Part shown: positions 60,693 through 64,000 of the stretch, piece after piece
Layout: every line of letters begins with the position of its first letter
How positions within the stretch are numbered: the stretch's first letter is position 1
Assembly (NCBI RefSeq): GCF_001447785.1
Contig: NW_015168654.1
Span: forward strand, 1,624,031-1,688,030
Direction of reading: 5' to 3'
Length of the DNA: 64,000 nt
Source: Gekko japonicus
Lineage: Eukaryota
Position numbers and translations under genes: made by a program
The notes under the pieces: generated by a model
Databases searched by the model: none
The model's input: only the letters and a program-made list of their open reading frames with translations
Told to the model about the DNA's origin: nothing

Positions 60693-62660
60693 GGCAAAGG
60701 GACTCCGAGAAGGTGCAGCAGCTGGAGGAGAAAGTGCAAAGCCTCACCAAGCAATTGCATGACCTGCAGTCCACCATACAGGCCAGCAACACCAAGCTAG
60801 CGGAAGACATACGCAAGGCGGTAGAGTCCTCTTTGAATGGCAAGCAGCCCGCTGACGCGGCCGCGCATCCAGAGATGAAAGAGACCCTCAACGAGATCCA
60901 GCGTCATCTGCAGCGCCTCGACAACCGCATCTCCAACCACGAGAACGGTCAGAGCCCCGGAGGCGGCGCAACAGATGTCCGCGGTGAGGTCCTCAGGGAG
61001 GTGGAACGGCGCTTGCAGGAGTCGTGCGCGTCCTGCCTTACGGGTGTGGAGGGACTGCGGCGGCAGCAGGAGGAGGACCGCGAGCGCATGAGAGCCCTGG
61101 AGAAGCTGGTCACGTCCATGGACCAGCGGAACCGCGAAGCCATGAACGCCATCCAGCAGCACGTGAGCAACCTTGCTCGGCAGCTGCCCAAGGACTGNNN
61201 NNNNNNNNNNNNNNNNNNNNNNNNNNNNNNNNNNNNNNNNNNCGCTGTGCTGAACGAGCATGGGGGAGGAGGCCAGAGGCCATCATCCCTTCCTCCCCCC
61301 TGGAGCGTGGACAGGCGCATGTCTGAGATGGAGAGCCGCGTCAACACCACGCAGCGCAGCCTGGAAGAACACTTTGTGGATCTGCAGGTCATGTTGGAAG
61401 GAGCGGACGAGCGGCTCCGCAGGGCCGAAGGGCAGCTGGATTTCCTCTTCTCCCGCCTCAACGACTTCCAGAACCACGTCAACCGGGCCTTGGCCAACCT
61501 TTCGCGGGACGTGGGGGGACTCAAGGACAGCACCCTGCAGCAGCAAGGGGCTCTGGAACGAGTGCGCGGGGCGGTCCACACCTGCACTCAGATCTGCACC
61601 CCGCCCGGCAGCCAGGACTCCCAGATCAGCAGCATCTTGAGTGACCTGGGACGCCGGGTGCTGGACAACGAGGCACAGCTGCGCTTACTGGGCTCCTCCG
61701 TCCACCAGCTGGACGTGTCCGGCAAGCTGCAGAACTTGCGGGGGTTGGTGGGGGCCAACACGGAAGCCCTGGGCAAGCTGGCTGGGGAGCTCGGGGAGCT
61801 GGAGAACAGGCTGGTGGTCTCCATGAGCGCCGGGCCGCCAGAGCTGGTGCTGTATTCCAACCGCACTAACAAGCGCCTGGAGAAGCTGGAGAAAGAGATC
61901 GAGGGACTGGAAGGCGACGGCTGCAGCCAGACTTGCTCTGAGCTGAAAGGGGAGCTGGGGCTGCTCAGGGAGCAGGTGGAGACCTGTCGTGCAGCCTGCC
62001 AGCCGATGGGGAGGAGGCCGGAGCTGGGCAAAGAGGAGATGGATACCACGAAACCCCTGGACGGCTTCAGCGTGATCGGCGGCAGCTCCAGCGTCCACCT
62101 CAAATCCTTGCAGGGCGAGCTGTCTGAGGTGATCCTGGGCTTCAGTGCCCTGAACGAGACGCTGGCGGGGCTGCAGGCCACGGTGGAGAAGCACCAGACG
62201 GACATCCACGAGCTGGGCACCACCAAAGATCACATCATCGAAGAGATCAACCGCGTGCAGCAGGAGGTGACGGAGCACGTCAGCGAAAGCGAGGAGCGTT
62301 TCCAGGTGCTGGGCCGCGAGATCCACCAGTTTGGCGGCACCCTGCAGGTGGAGGCGTCAGACTGCCGGCGGGCCTCCGGGGGCCTGGCGGAGCGGCTCAC
62401 GAAGCTCGAGGGCACTTGCGAGCGGCTGGACGACGTGTCTGGCAGCCTGCGGAAGATCAAGGAAGGGCTGGACAAGCACGTCTCAGCCTTGTGGAACTGC
62501 CTCCACGAGGTGAACGGGACCCTCCGCAACCACGGGGCCCTGCTGGACAAGATCCACGGCAGCCACCTGGGCACCATCCATCGCCGCCTCAGCACCCTGA
62601 ACGGATCCCTCCAGACCCTGCAGGGTCAACTGCATGACCTCACGCTTCAGGACTTGACAG
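60693..62660 (+). CDS. EMILIN1: EMILIN-1 exon 4 (coiled coil)
   Basis: DSEKVQQLEEKVQSLTK...QPADAAA...LQDLT; 1968 nt with a frame-preserving 45-N gap. Confidence 0.95.
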
Positions 62661-62800
62661 GTACAGCGGACCACTAGGAAGGAGCGGGGCCTCCAGCTGC
62701 CAGTCTGCGACTGGAACTAGCCGGTCTGGGCAGGGCCTTGGCTCTCCCTTACTGGGCAGGAGATGCTGGCTGGAATTCTAACGTCCTTATTCATTTTCAG

Positions 62801-62908
62801 GACCTCCAGGGCTCCCAGGAAGAGAAGGTCCCATAGGGAGGCCGGGTGTCCCAGGTCCAATGGGGCCTCCTGGCAAGGACGGAAGGAGTGGCCCCGTGGG
62901 TCCCCCAG
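62801..62908 (+). CDS. EMILIN1: EMILIN-1 exon 5 (collagen Gly-X-Y)
   Basis: 108-nt phase 1-1 exon [36 protein letters not shown]; donor GTGAGG. Confidence 0.94.
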
Positions 62909-63664
62909 GTGAGGAGCTGGTCAGGTGTGAGTGGCTCAGACAGTGCTCGGCCTCTCGGAAGCACTTCTGTCCCTAACGTCCTCCTTTCCCTTCCTGCCTA
63001 TAGCACACACTGCATGGGTACCAGTTATAAAGGGTTTGGGAGCCTCCCCAAATGATTAACCCCCACCTTAATTTACAGAGGGTGATGAGATGCATGTCTG
63101 ACTCCAGAACCCAGCAGGTGGTTGCTCCTCCCCAGCCTAGATGGAGCAAAAGAGAATCTGGAAGGCCCCCTTTGGGGCTCCTGTTCCCAGAGGTTAAGCA
63201 GATAAACAGTGAGGATCAAACCAGACGTTGCCCTTCTTATTGAGTCAGGACTGGGTTCCTCTGGCCCCACTTGCTTTCCCTGAAGCCAGATGACATTTGC
63301 AAGGAACTAAGTTTTTAGGTGTCACAGGGGCCAGATTGGGATGGGAAAGTTTTTCCCAACCTAAAAGGGCCTTGGGGGGGTATTTACCCCATTGGAGAGC
63401 TGCACAGTTTGGTAATGCCGTTTCAGTTCAGGAAGATTGGGGGTGGGGGGGCTGAAGCCCCTCCCCCTGCACTGCAGTTTGGTGCTGACATGCTTGAAAA
63501 AATAGTTCTCCACAGCTGCTGTCTGGCTACAGAGGAAAAAGTTATGGCCTGATCAGAATTCCAAAATTATCTGCCCAGGTAAAGGTATAGCTAGGTGAAG
63601 GTGGAGCTTCCTGCCCTTCCCGGACAGGAGATGCTGCCTAGGTGGATGGCAGCTGCAGAACCTC

Positions 63665-64000
63665 ATAAGAACATAAGTGCCCTGCTGGATCAGACTCATG
63701 GTCCATCTAGTCCAGCATCCTGTCTCACACAGTGGCCAACCAGTTCCTCTGGACAACAGGACATAGAGGCCAAGGCCTTCCCCTTATGTTGCCTCCTGGC
63801 TCTGGGATTCAGAGGTTTAGTGCCTCTGAATGTGGAGGTTCCCCTCAGTCACCTTGGCTAGTAGCCACTGATAGACCTATCCTCCATGAATTTATATCTA
63901 ACCCCCTTTTAAAGCTGTTTATTCCTGTGGCCATCACTATATCCTCTGGCAGCAAGTTCCATATTTTATTCACTCTGTGTAAAGAAGTATTTCCTTTTGT
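63665..64000 (-). mobile_element. CR1 LINE 3' end
   Basis: cataagaacataag start; close similarity to 25648-25990. Confidence 0.82.

Noticed and set aside
60676-62674. Several long minus-strand ORFs (up to 213 aa)
   Set aside because: Antisense shadows of the GC3-rich EMILIN1 exon 4

Overview
Vertebrate nuclear DNA, not prokaryotic. Sauria SINEs and abundant Squam3-type CORE-SINEs point to a squamate reptile, probably a gecko (inference). The window holds the conserved block tRNA-Ala(AGC) x2 - AGBL5 - OST4 - EMILIN1. AGBL5/CCP5 (+ strand, tubulin deglutamylase) has 15 inferred coding exons, 2714-23345, about 947 aa, with all M14 catalytic motifs intact. OST4 (- strand, 24450-24563) is a 37-aa microprotein missed by the ORF track. 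A ~27-kb transposon-rich interval follows, then EMILIN1 (+ strand, coding exons 1-5, 51924-62908; the gC1q exons lie beyond the window). Most six-frame ORFs are noise. No wholly new gene system is evident. The most interesting signals concern AGBL5 control: a ~39-bp periodic RFX X-box/CCAAT promoter array, an overlapping uORF, an intronic polyA short isoform, and a 47-nt frame-switching exon that gates a C-terminal SxIP (EB1-binding-type) motif. The mobile DNA is also unusual: an L1 fragment with a 45-bp target duplication nested in a Gypsy gag, a Penelope-type palindrome with two degenerate hammerhead motifs, a locally templated 36-bp insertion, a 5S-derived SINE and hAT MITEs with perfect 8-bp TSDs. 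Comparisons with human proteins and repeat families are from memory and need database confirmation. Assembly gaps: 44227-44373 and 61198-61242.
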